A DNA stretch of 63,792 nt, the filler included, from Perkinsus olseni (lineage: Eukaryota): assembly GCA_013115125.1 (NCBI GenBank). It is 24 parts of 24 records of this genome, joined end to end, with 100 filler letters (N's around TTAATTAATTAA, not from the genome) between each part and the next. Parts side by side here need not be neighbours in the genome. Positions count along the whole stretch, not along the records: positions 34,879 to 37,430 come from JABANN010001547.1; positions 37,531 to 40,081 come from JABANN010001548.1; positions 40,182 to 42,730 come from JABANN010001549.1; positions 42,831 to 45,377 come from JABANN010001550.1; positions 45,478 to 48,023 come from JABANN010001551.1; positions 48,124 to 50,664 come from JABANN010001552.1; 18 more parts are not named here. One strand, written 5' to 3'. A program made the translations under genes and the position numbers. Under the pieces are notes generated by a model. It saw only the letters and a program-made list of their open reading frames with translations. It made no database searches and had not been told where the DNA came from. Positions within the stretch are counted from its first letter, which is position 1; each line of letters opens with the position of its first letter. Of the stretch, positions 36,738 through 48,420 are shown in pieces.

Positions 36738-37170
36738 ATAAGGAGACGTTTTCGCTCGCCCTCTGCGATTTTCTAAGGGAGATTCGGCGCTTCCTAAGGG
36801 AGTTCCGTTTTTTTCCTAAGGAAACCTCTCAGCTCTCACACTGCCCCCCCCCTTCGGGTTTTGGGTGATGGTCGCCCGGAGGGCGACCTGAGTCGGGTTT
36901 CGGGTTCCCGGAGGTTACGGTCTTGCCTTGCTATTAGCGTTTTTTTCTGAGGTCTTGTATAACAGCCTAAACCTGGATATCAGCTCTCACCCGGACAACA
37001 GCCTTAACCCGGATATCAACTCCTACCCGGACTACTTCCTAGGGTGTGACGCGGCCTTCCTTAGACTTTGCAGACCTCCTTAGAAATCTTCACATTATCC
37101 TTAGATTTTTCCGGCTTCCTTGGAAAATGCAGACCTCCTTAGAAAACTTATACTCTCCTTAGATTTCTGC
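36738..37170. repeat. Inverted arrays of TAAGG / CCTTAG motifs with central hairpin and a 36-bp tandem repeat
   Basis: Four TAAGG(G)A motifs at 36740-36822, hairpin GGTCGCCC-GGA-GGGCGACC at 36870-36888, a 2x36 bp repeat at 36961-37032, and six CCTT(A/G)GA units at ~20-bp spacing from 37059 to 37164. Confidence 0.85.
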
Positions 37171-37582
37171 GGTTAACCTAAAGTTTTACTGAGTCACTTG
37201 AGTGGCCCACTCCCTTGAAGTGACACAGTGACTTGTACCGTATTGTTAGCAGCATGCACACAACGAACCTCCTTCGCTAGAGGTACGTTACCTCGGGTAA
37301 CAATCCGCTACTTTACTTCTCGTACGATACGAACGGATAGTAGATAACCCTCTATCCATCTGTTAGTAGTCTGCCCAGTGAGAACACTGCTCTGGTTTGA
37401 GTTTGACATAGATAACCGTACTGTTTGAAGNNNNNNNNNNNNNNNNNNNNNNNNNNNNNNNNNNNNNNNNNNNNTTAATTAATTAANNNNNNNNNNNNNN
37501 NNNNNNNNNNNNNNNNNNNNNNNNNNNNNNCCTCCATCGCAACACAATGAGTGCCTAACTCGAGATCGCACGTCTAGCGGCT

Positions 37583-38674
37583 TTGCTGCGAGTGTGCCTA
37601 GGTGCCGAGGCTGTTGTCGCCAAACGACTCGAGAACGGCGGCAAGAAAGGCGCCGGACTGGCATGCATGCTCGATTGCTTCGCCATCTTCACTCCGGTCG
37701 TTCAAGGCAAGAGGGGCGTTATCGAGGAGATGGCCTTCAAGGTTTGCGAACGCCAGTACCGTGAGAACGTCGTCTACACTGAACTCCGCTATAACCCTCA
37801 CGTCCTGGCTAAGGAGGACTCAACCCTTCCCGACGCTCGCAGCGTCGTCGAGGCTGTCACCGCGGGTATCGAGCGCGGTAAGAAGGTCTTTGGCATCGAC
37901 ATGAACCAGATACTCTGCTGCATGAACCTGAGGCCCGAGGTCAGCGCTGAGATCGCTCAACTCGCCATCGAGTTCAAACCCAAGGGTGTTGTTGCCATCG
38001 ATGTTGCTGCTGGGGAGACTCACTTCGAGAACGAGGATCTCAAGAAGGCTCACGTCGCTGCTTGCCTGGAAGCTGAGAAGGCCGGTCTTCGTGTTACTGT
38101 GCACGGCGCCGAGGACGGTCCGGCTAAGAACTTTTGTTGTGCTGTTCGCGAGTACCATGCTGAACGCGTGGGGCACGCGTACAAGATCGCTGCCGACCCG
38201 GAGATGTACCAGATGGCTCAGGATACGCACGCCCACATCGAAGCCTGCCCCACTTCAAGTATTTGTACCGAGGCTGTCTGTCTACCCCAAGTGCATCCGG
38301 AGAAGCCCATCCTTGATAGCTTGGATTGGAGTCAGCATCCTATTAAGAAGTTTATTGAGGATGGTCTTAGTGTTAGCATCAGCACTGACGATCCGACTGT
38401 ATTTTTGACTCACATTACGGGCGAGCTCGCCATCCTTGCCGATCGCTTTGGCCTAGAAGCCCATCAAGCTGGCATGCAGGTCACTATGAACGCCATTGAT
38501 CGCTGCTGGGCCTCTGCTAAGCAAAAGTCCAAGTATCGTGAGATGACCCTCAACTACTACGAAGGGGAGGAGTCGACTGTTGAGGAGAGCGGTAGCACCG
38601 TGGATCACAGCGACTCGGTTGTGCGACTCCTTGCAGCCTTTGAAGCGCCCTTGTTTATAGTTGTACAAAAGTAA
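37583..38674 (+). CDS. ADA: Adenosine deaminase, 5' truncated
   Basis: NVVYTELRYNPH, GVVAIDVAAGE, TVHGAE, AERVGH, EACPTS and STDDP motifs. Confidence 0.93.
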   Translation: MLRVCLGAEAVVAKRLENGGKKGAGLACMLDCFAIFTPVVQGKRGVIEEMAFKVCERQYRENVVYTELRYNPHVLAKEDSTLPDARSVVEAVTAGIERGKKVFGIDMNQILCCMNLRPEVSAEIAQLAIEFKPKGVVAIDVAAGETHFENEDLKKAHVAACLEAEKAGLRVTVHGAEDGPAKNFCCAVREYHAERVGHAYKIAADPEMYQMAQDTHAHIEACPTSSICTEAVCLPQVHPEKPILDSLDWSQHPIKKFIEDGLSVSISTDDPTVFLTHITGELAILADRFGLEAHQAGMQVTMNAIDRCWASAKQKSKYREMTLNYYEGEESTVEESGSTVDHSDSVVRLLAAFEAPLFIVVQK

Positions 38675-38741
38675 TGAGTTTCTCTTCAGGGTTCCTTTGA
38701 GTGTTGAGTTCCGATGTAAATTAACTTGGCAGCTGTCGTTG

Positions 38742-39272
38742 ATGGCTGCTCCCACGTATGAGTTCTTTAGGTCGGCCCCGAAGGTCGAGCTTCACGTTCA
38801 TCTCGACGCCGCGTTTGACACTTCCCTCCTCTACGAAGTTGCTCGGACGGACCTCTCTGCCCTGCCAGAAGAGGTGCTTTCGCGTCGCCGTACACTCGTG
38901 ATTCCTCGGCATGGCCAACCCAAGGCGACGCTAATCGTACACGGTGTCGTTTCTCGAAGTTCGAATAGCCTTCTCGTGAGCCTTGAAGGTTTACCAGAGG
39001 GAAAATGTACCTACTGAGTTGGCTCCGCCATGATCAGCGTTCTGCTGAACCTCTGAATCAGATCTCAAGTGGCTCCTTCGGTGGCTTCGGATCGAGTTGA
39101 AGATCGTCTCGCTGCTCGCCGCTCATACTTGCGTCGACTCAGGAGCCGGCGCCGTGGCGTGACGGAACTGTACGCGTTAGAGAACAAGTAGCAGCTTGCA
39201 AAAACTTGGATGACTTTACGCGGATTGTGACGATGAGGGCTGAAGATGTCGTTGCTGGTCGCATCGACAGAG
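38742..39272 (+). CDS. ADA: Second tandem adenosine deaminase, N-terminal exons (38742-38873, 39143-39272)
   Basis: PKVELHVHLDAA metal-binding motif. Exon 2 ends AEDVVAGRIDR, homologous to AEAVVAKRLEN of the upstream copy. Confidence 0.8.
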
Positions 39273-40181
39273 GTAGGGAATCGTGATGTTTTTCTGTCAA
39301 GTTGTGGTATGAGATTCGCTGCGAATTCGAATCATTCGAATGATTCATTCGCACCGCCGGGCCTTGCCTCGAACCTGAGGTTCGATTCCTCGTCCCGGTC
39401 GTCGTCTGTCAGGTTGTCGCGGTGCTGGTCTGGCGTGCATGCTGGACTGTTTCGCAATTTTCCTACCAATCGTCAGGGGTAAATGTACATTGGCAACGGC
39501 CGTCTATTTTTGGGCTGTGTATTCGCCAACAAGGCGTGCTTTTCAAACGGAGCGTTGCATTTGTATGGCTATGTTCAACATCACTCGACGCGTACAACGC
39601 CGTTGGTCTTCCTAGGCGTTGGTTGTTGTTCGGTCAGTCGTTTCTTGGCCCTTTACATACTCAACGCCCAATTCTTTCTAACACTTGTTGCTTCTGTCGG
39701 GTGTTGTTTCCATTGCTCGACGTTGCTTTTTCTGCCAGTACATTATCAACAGTGGTGTTGCTCGACCTCGTTAATCTAGGAACGTTGTCTTTTACGGTAA
39801 AAGTTTCACACCCGGTGTTTCCATTTCGACATTCACTGATAGTTTCTCAGAAGCTGCTTTTCGGAGTTTGAGAGACAGCTTCTGAGACTCAGACGGATGT
39901 GCAAACCGTTCCTGCGTCCCTGCGCAACGAACTTAGTTGCCATGTAGCGCCGGGCCTATCATACAAGCCGTCGCAGGCGGTACTCCGAGATTGCTGCCAG
40001 CGACGGCGGGAGAAATACTCCCTATGAGCGAGTTCATCCGAAAAGCTTTTTTCGAGACCTCACGCCGTGAGGCTCACGGACNNNNNNNNNNNNNNNNNNN
40101 NNNNNNNNNNNNNNNNNNNNNNNNNTTAATTAATTAANNNNNNNNNNNNNNNNNNNNNNNNNNNNNNNNNNNNNNNNNNNN

Positions 40182-41805
40182 CCCCTGTGCCCCTCTCAGT
40201 TTACCGGTCGGTACTTGTCATGGTGCCATGAAGCCTATGGTCACCCAAATTGGGGATGTTTGTGGCGTGTATTGCGAAGGCGTACGTTTTGGTCTGGTAT
40301 GGCTCAGGATTGCCGTGACTTTGTTGACCATTGTTCGCAATGTGCTGCAGCTACTACTACTCGTCGTAATCCTATTGCTCCCACCACGGGTGCTACTGCG
40401 GTCATTGGAGATGGCCCTTGGTCTGTCGTATATGCCGATACTATTTCCTTCAACCCTACTGCACATCGTACTGAAGCGGTGTTGGTAATGTTCGATAGTT
40501 TCACCAAGTGGATCGAGGTCGAATTCTTGGAGAAGAATAATGGTATTTGCGTGGCTTCCGGATTACGCCGAGCCTTTCGGCGATGGGGTCCGCCCCAAGG
40601 GCTTCGCATGTATTCTGGTCCTGAGATGTGGAATTCTACAACGAGGACTTTTTATGATAGTTATCATGTGAAGGTTCGTCGTGGTACTCCGCGACATCCC
40701 CAGTCGCAAGGAGGTGTTAAACGAGCTCATCGCAGCTTGCTGCTCATTCTCCGTAAGCTATGCGATCGTTATGCGGATAGCGAACACTTTGAGCGAGTGT
40801 TTCTCGAGGCTGTCCATTATTATCGATGTCGGCCAACTAGTACCCTTGGCTTGTCTCCTATGCTGTGTATGTGCGGCTGGGAAGACCGTACGTTGTCGGA
40901 TGCTGACTACTCAGGGTACCAGTGGGATGTACAAACTTGGTCTAAGATGCTGCAAGACCGTCAAGCACGACTTCGTGATCATATCGATGGTGTGCTCTCA
41001 CCACAGTTCTCTTCGGTACCTTCATCACCTCCTCAAGTGGCCTTTATGCCTGGTGATCCGGTGATGTTACTTCGTTCAGAAAGACGTAACAAGTTACTGC
41101 CGCCTTATGAGCGAGGGTATCGTGTGGTTGAGCAGTTGGCGCCTACGATGGTTCGTTTAGCGAAGCCTTCTTCACGCCGGACTGTGGATGCACACATTTC
41201 CCAAGTACTTCTTGATACACCCCAACCACAGCCTGCTGACGCCCTTACGCGCCTTACGGGTTCGTCGCCTGCCCGTCTGCTACCCGTGATCATGATCATG
41301 ACGATGCACATCATGAAGAAGAAGAAGATGATGATGATGATGATGATGATGATGACGTGTATGTTATTCTTAATTCTTCGTATGACGTCCAAGATGGTGA
41401 TGTCCAATCACCAGGTGATGTCGAGTCGCCCCTGTTGTCTGCTGTTTCATCGTCTTCTTCCTCATCGTCTTCGTCTCGTACTTCCGGTGGTTTTTTGTCT
41501 CCGGATGATTCGAGTTCTGAACGCTCCGCTCTTTCCTCTCGACCTCCTACTCCGCGCGATGTCGGTGGTCATAATTTACGCCCTCGCGCCGTTCTTCGGC
41601 CGCCTGATCGTTATATGCAACAGGAGGAGGAGTGAAGTAGGATGCGCTGTGTTGTGTGTTGCATCAGTCCCATATCTTAGCTCTGAGCTATGCTCAGCTA
41701 TAGCACCATTTATCGTTGTAGATACTCATACTACTTGTACTTCCGTAACCCCCCTTTGTTACGAAGTCTCTACTACTAACTGGTTGTAGTGCTGGTTATC
41801 TTACA
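40182..41805 (+). mobile_element. Gypsy retrotransposon 3' end: inactivated integrase, PPT and 173-bp LTR (41633-41805)
   Basis: HHCC (H...GH...CSQC), YADT, PRHPQSQGGV, KLLPPY and a frameshifted tail ending LRPPDRYMQQEEE. PPT AGGAGGAGGAG then TG...TACA, after which another known repeat begins. Confidence 0.88.
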
Positions 41806-41872
41806 TCCCTTAGAAAATCGCAGAGGGCGAGCGAAAACGCTTCCTTAGAATTCTTACACTCTCCTTAGAAAA
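41806..41872 (-). repeat. Third copy of the TAAGG/CCTTAG array
   Basis: 41806-41839 is the exact reverse complement of 36747-36780; three CCTTAGAA units. Confidence 0.85.
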
Positions 41873-41911
41873 ACTAGCAGAACCCGTCGCTTCGCTCCGG
41901 GGGTTCTCTAG
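41873..41911 (-). mobile_element. Helitron-like 3' terminus
   Basis: Minus strand reads CCCGGAGCGAAGCGACGGG-TTCTG-CTAG|T, an imperfect GC hairpin shortly before CTAG followed by T. Confidence 0.55.
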
Positions 41912-42830
41912 CTCTTAGTCAGAGAGACCATGTCCCTCACTGCGCTCGGGGAACAGACAATGCATCTCCGTGAGGGATCAATCGAAAAGGCCAGCACGGA
42001 GGACAGTGCGTGACAGTCCCGTGGTTGGAGGAATCGACATGCTCACGACTAAGTTTATCTTCCCATCATGTGGTACAGTACGCGCAATCTAAAGAGTCCG
42101 TTTCGTGTCACCGGCATAACTTTTTACCTAGAGCTCGTATGGACCTGAAATTCCAACTATGAGCTCTCCTAACATTGTTATATTGTTTACATGTGTCACG
42201 GATCGGATTATCGAACAAAAAAATTTTGGTGCATTTTCCACCCAGACGCGCTCATCGTCAATCGTGAACTATGACATAGTTCATCCTGCATCGTCCTGAC
42301 ATCGTGCTGTTGGTTACAGGCCGCCATCAAGGACGTCAGAGATATCGAGGGAACGTCTATCTGGTGTGCCACGGGTCTACTCCTTGCATCAGTGGAGGCA
42401 ACGACGTGATGACACCTAGGGCATCCTCGAGGATACCAGATGGGGCACTCAGCGCTGCCGATAACCGCGCGCAGGGCTGAGCCGCAGCGGTCCAGTAGGT
42501 GCAGACAACCATCGTAGGAGTTGAGTTCCAACTCACGCTGACAGCGAGCCTGCAACCAGCATTTAATGAGCTAATTGAGCTCAGGGCCTGAGCCTCAGGC
42601 AGCCAGGTTCCGGTGATGCCCGTCATATCGATGGATTGAATCTCTCTGGAGTCAAAGGTCGAGAGTCTTTACATGCAATGCTCGCTGGCTCAGCAGTGAA
42701 TAGAGTAGCCAATACTCGACGAATGACCCTNNNNNNNNNNNNNNNNNNNNNNNNNNNNNNNNNNNNNNNNNNNNTTAATTAATTAANNNNNNNNNNNNNN
42801 NNNNNNNNNNNNNNNNNNNNNNNNNNNNNN

Positions 42831-45254
42831 CCTTGAATTCACCCTTCGGAAGTCCACCACGAGTCTCCACTTGACCTCACCGTCTTCAGAGAGCTCCTTC
42901 TTGTGGATAGCAAAGGCCCTACTAACATGAAGATCCTCGGTCTGGTCGGGACTCATCTTCTCAATAACTCCTTGAGACTCAAGCTCGCCGAGTAACTCGG
43001 TGAGTTTCTCTTGCCGTGTAGGGTCATAGCCTCTCCATGGCACCGGTCTTATCGTAGGATGAGAAGGGGACACACCAAAGTTGGCAGTAGGTAGAGAGAA
43101 CCCACTAAATATCTGGTCAAGGTCAGCGTCTTCGTCATTACTAGAGTTCACGGTGTCAGCCGATTGAACCACAGCAACTCCAGGCGGATCTCCAACCGGA
43201 TAGAGCTTACAGTTGACCTTGAGAGTGGAGAAGTGAACCGACGGTTCGTCCAGATCGATGACAGCTCCCATATTAGATAAGGTACCCAAACCAAATAAGA
43301 GTTGATCACTTCTCAGCAGAGACTCAGTAGCGCAGACATGCGCCCTGACATTAAACTTATGATCTGTACCAAGAGATACAGGTAAGATAACCTCATGAGT
43401 AATATCCAAAGTATGACCACTGAAGGTAGAGGCTGATGAGTTCACAGGCTCAGCAGTCACTCCGGGTAGGCCTAGTACTCCAGGACCAACCAAGGTATAA
43501 CAAGATGCAGTATCCAATATACACTGATAAGGGAGATTCTTCTCCGATATCCCCAAGTCGATGTAGAGCAACTTGACAGACCCAGAACCCGGCGCGGCAC
43601 AGACGTTAACATCACCATCTTCAGGCATCTTGGGTAGGATAGCAAAGGTCTTGTTAGAGGAATACGACGAAGGAGTAGTAGCAGGTAGCTTGCCCGTCTG
43701 AGATCTCGTGACAGCACCAGAGTCTTCAGTAGTCGCATCCGACGAAGTCGACTTAGAAGTGGTCTTCTTTTGGAAGTTGGGGTTATAAGGCTTTCCCTTC
43801 TTACCGGCCTTGTTGTTCTGGTTAGCGCCTTGCTTACCAGAAGACTCGGAAGAGGCTTGACCTTGAGTAGCCATGGCAGATGGCGAGGGCTCATCCTTCT
43901 CACCTTGAGCAGAGCTTGCATCTGGTTTGAACCAGCAATCAGACTCCTTGTGACCACGTCTACGACACCATTTACAACGGGGCTTCTTAGAGAGCTCGTT
44001 GTCCTTACCTTGCTTGCCTCCAGCACCACTAGTCTGGTTGCTCGCCGAAGTAGTCGAAGCAGTAGAACCAGGCTTATCAAGAACCATAGTAGCTCCTTTG
44101 GCGTTGCTTGGAGAAGCAATGTTCATGACCTTGGCATTCTTGGGATCATCCCAAGGAAGAACCATGGTAGTCTTACGGTGGAACTTCATAAACATATCCT
44201 GACAGTCACCATAAGATAAGTCGTGTACCTTAGCCTCGCTATCTCTAATAGTCTTAGAGACGTAAGCCCTCAAGTCAGCGTTAGAGTTGCCAATGAGAGA
44301 GGTAACTCGATCAAAGGTACTAGGAAGAGCCAGATTGAACCGTAGAAGCGCATCAGTATAGAGCTGATAAGCCTCACTCTCTTTAGATAAATATAAAGGC
44401 ACCGAATCAGCCTTCTGCTTGGTATTAAGCCAGTCTTGACGTAGCTTGACCAAATCCACATGACCACGATCAGAACTGATCAGAGAATTGATAACATATG
44501 CAGCCAGGGATGACCAGCCAGACTCCCAATCACTCGAAATTAACCAGCGATAACCATCGGCATTAAAGTAATCGATAACACCAGCAGACTCATCAGATCT
44601 CTTACTCGATCCAGTAGGGCGTATCAACCAATCATGGATAGCAGTGCGCACTACCAGGCGCTTAGGACAAGATGTGTCCATCAGCCAATAGACCACGACA
44701 GTGAACGTTAGAGGGGAATTGAAGCCACACTCGTTCTCGAGGAGATCCAGAGATCGTTGGAGTTGACGTTGAAAACCAGCGGCATCCTTAACCTTGATAA
44801 GGTCGACAGACTTGTCAATCTGAGATAACCACTTCTTAGCTTCAATCGCCAGATTAGCAACACTTGGGCACTTCCAGGATGTCCTCACAGTCTCATAGCA
44901 TGAGCTTGTAGGGTACTGTAGAGCGGAATACATAACTTGTACACAGTCCAAGGTAGGAGTTGCGTAACCATTCTTCATAGCACACTCACGGAACAGTTGA
45001 GTGAGCGATGACGTCGGAGATGTACGAGGAGCATCTTGAGAGTTGTCCACAACATTCGGACTTGATGAGTCAGTACTATCACCAGTAGGTCTTCGTGATG
45101 ATTCAGACGTACCACGATTGTTGTTGTTGTTATGGTTGTTCTCCTCAAGTAGTTTAGCTCGACGTTCACGATCAGATAAACCATCTTCTGCCGAGTACAG
45201 GTTCGAGAGGTTGTCGACATCAGAACCTTGATTCCCAGATCCAGAAGCAGGCAT
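42831..45254 (-). CDS. Gypsy gag-protease-RT polyprotein, truncated at contig end
   Basis: CCHC knuckle CKWCRRRGHKESDC, protease ILDTASCYTLV and RT start WRLVVDFRRVN in a single frame. Confidence 0.93.
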
Positions 45255-45269
45255 AATAGTTGGGGTAAT

Positions 45270-45377
45270 CGTCCACCAAATAATGACGTTTCTTTAATAA
45301 ATACTGTTGTGGTCCTAGCGCAACCAACTTAACCCAACAGCAAATCGGGGTATAGCCAATACCAATACTTTGACGGA
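45270..45377 (-). promoter_or_regulatory. 5' LTR end (45284-45377) and primer-binding site TGGTGGACG (45270-45278)
   Basis: Minus strand ...GTCA-TTATT-TGGTGGACG lies just upstream of the gag ATG. Confidence 0.75.
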
Positions 45378-45477
45378 NNNNNNNNNNNNNNNNNNNNNNN
45401 NNNNNNNNNNNNNNNNNNNNNTTAATTAATTAANNNNNNNNNNNNNNNNNNNNNNNNNNNNNNNNNNNNNNNNNNNN

Positions 45478-47575
45478 TCCTCGTGATAACTCTTTAACGT
45501 TCCTATCGAACCCTCTCAATGCCCCATCAAACATCCTTGTGGCTTCATTCCCTACCGCAACAACCTTCTTCGATGCACCCCTAAATTCTTTTCGCAGAGC
45601 ATTATCGAGACCCTTTTGCAATCTGTTATAGTACTTCCCGGCAGTTTTCATCCCATTCTGGAAATTCTTGCTCACACGATCGATTTCCCTCTCACTTCCT
45701 CCAACGGCCCTAGGGAGCGTCCTGTTCAACTTCAGCTCGCCCCTAGCTATATATCTTTCGCTTAATAACTTCGCTTCATTAATCGTGGCTTCAGCTCGAT
45801 CTCTTATATGATGCTTTACCGAGTCCAACGCCATCTTGTTAGCTGCAGTTTTCTCCTCGAAGTCGAGGGAGTCGGCATCCGTCGCTAGATCATTCTTTCG
45901 CATTTCTTTTTCCAGCTCCTTCTCCGCTCTCAGTAGCGTCTTTTGATGAGCTTTCGAGCCTTTCCTAAGCTTCGCCATGGATTTGCGGAAATCCTGATCC
46001 GTGGAATAACATAGTCTGGCTAAATGAGCTGACGTTCGGGACATTCCGGTCATAAAGCTGCCCAACTCCCTCTTCATCAACGTATTCACTCCACCTATGC
46101 TTCGTCTGAGATCCTTCCGACCATTCGCCTCAACTCTTTCAAGTGATGCGAACATATCCTTGAATGCTCTCGATAATCGCCCTTGTTGTTTTAGGATTTC
46201 TTCACCCAATTTGCGACGAAGTCTCATAAGTCCATATGAACTGAGACGACATGGAATACTCCGGGCAGCGGCATCATCGTCGCCGCGTTGTTTTCATTAC
46301 CTTCTAGGCAATACCATCTTCCGTAGACTATTCACGGTACTTCTGAAGTTACCAAAAGTTTTATCGGCTTCGGTCGACCTGACATCTGAGATCTTAATCA
46401 TAGTGGTAAAAATGATGATCACAATGATGAAAAGCGAACAGCACTGAAGTGACTCTGGCCATTATTGATATTATTACAACTTCGATAGTTTATAAAGGAA
46501 TACAGGGAATTCCTCTGCCACCCTCTTTCTAGCCTCTCGAGCTTCTGTAAACTCATTCCATCCGACGGTAGCCAGTTGACCCTTGTCTTCCCTCTTCAGA
46601 ACTTCATCACTGTGCTTCCGCCTGCCAAAAAGAGAGTCGGCAAGGATTTCTAACATAACCGTTGTCTGGGATTCTCGTTACTTCACGCCGCTAATAGTTA
46701 GGAAAACTCTGGACTTTGTGGCTGAGCTCATTGTATGAGTGTACTCATTGGCATATAAGGCTACTCGCAAAATACTCCAGGAACACGAATTCCAAGTGGT
46801 CTGATGATAGGGCAGTCGACAACTGGCTAACCCCGTGTTAAGCCGCATCTTATCCGCAAGCTTCACCCCCGAGATATCTGTAATTTGTTGGCAGAATCAC
46901 GGAGGTTATGCCAACGCCGAAGGGGCGAGCCCTCTTTGAGTCCTTGGTGTCGTGTAGGAGGCATTCTAACATACTCTTTGGGCAGCTCCTAGACACACTA
47001 GACAAATGAGCGGCTTATGTAGTGAAAACAATCGTGACTACTGAGGGATGCTTCTACTTGTAGTGGGAACTCTAATAATAATCATGCCTCATATCAAACA
47101 TTACCCTAGGTTGTAGATAAGGAATGTAGATGGGGTTATGCTTTTACTACTACTATTCTACCTCTATACAGGATGTTGCTGTGATGAAGAACCAGTCTCT
47201 ACTGCCTCTACTACTACTGATTGGACCAATCATTCATAGTATTAAGGTAACGCATCCCCGCCGCCCTTCCCCTTACTTTCCAGCTCTTGAGTTATACACT
47301 TTCATCAGATTATCAACCCATCGGCCGATATTTTTAGATTCTAGTAAATAATCCCTCTGAGCCATGGGATTATACTCATGCTTGGTGCTCCTTTTTTTCA
47401 TAGCAGCTTTTGCGCCGAAATATGCCCCAGCAACGAGTGGAGCAAGGAATATGAACTTATTGCCTTCTTCCACTAGACTACTGCTGTTGCCTGCTCGTTC
47501 AGCTGCTGCCGAACTGATACCAAACGAGGGTATCAAAGAGAACAGCAGCAGAAAGACTGCTGAGAATCTCCACAT
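45478..47575 (-). CDS. Large, probably secreted coiled-coil protein, multi-exon, 3' truncated
   Basis: Signal peptide MWRFSAVFLLLFSLIPSFG, a first exon ending at a GTAAGG donor, and charged helical exons down to 45478. Joining these into one gene is inferred. Confidence 0.6.
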
Positions 47576-48123
47576 GTGTGTAATCACCATCAACTTTGGC
47601 GACCTCATAGTATAACAATTAATATATGTATTGGCTGAAGATGATGCGGTATGAAGAAAGAGACGATCGTGATAACCACGATAACCGCTTTCATCATTGA
47701 CAACGCAAGATTACCAGTGGTGGTGGTGATGATGATCAACGAGATCATACATGAGTAGTGGCACGATGATGATCATCATAATAATAACAACACTATTTAA
47801 CTTTGTCACGGTCATGAGAGGTAGAGCTCTTAGGTGGTTATGACGTTGAGAGCCTTGGAATCGCCTTTCGTGATCTTCAGCAGCTCTTTGGCAAATAATT
47901 CCTTCTTCTCTCCCACGTGCCTGAGGTACAGCATTGGGCCACATTCATCATATTATGATGATAGAGATAATACTTCTCCAATGATGCCTGGATCTTGTGT
48001 CGAATTCTCTCCACCAATGAGGCNNNNNNNNNNNNNNNNNNNNNNNNNNNNNNNNNNNNNNNNNNNNTTAATTAATTAANNNNNNNNNNNNNNNNNNNNN
48101 NNNNNNNNNNNNNNNNNNNNNNN

Positions 48124-48420
48124 CTGCCAAAAGCTCAACATCACTCCCCAGTCTGTTGAGAAGCCTCCCCAGAATTTCCCGCAAATTCTTATTCGGCAAT
48201 TTTCGGGTCCCAACGACCCTTATCGCTTCAACCAACTCCTTCTCAGTCAACCTCGGCACTGCGGACGACAACGCTCGTCTGACCGCTGAGTTTTCGTCCG
48301 ATCCAAAGCCGTTTTCCGCTTCTCCAAAAGCTCTCAGAAACTGCCTTCGGACGGACTTCCTGGTGACACCTCCGGTATAAAGAAGATGAGCAGCGACGTT
48401 CGGAGTATTTTTCCGTCGGC
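48124..48420 (-). CDS. Fragment of an unknown helical protein
   Basis: Open amphipathic frame (AVRRALSSAVPRLTEKELVEAIRVVG...) running off the contig. Confidence 0.45.
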
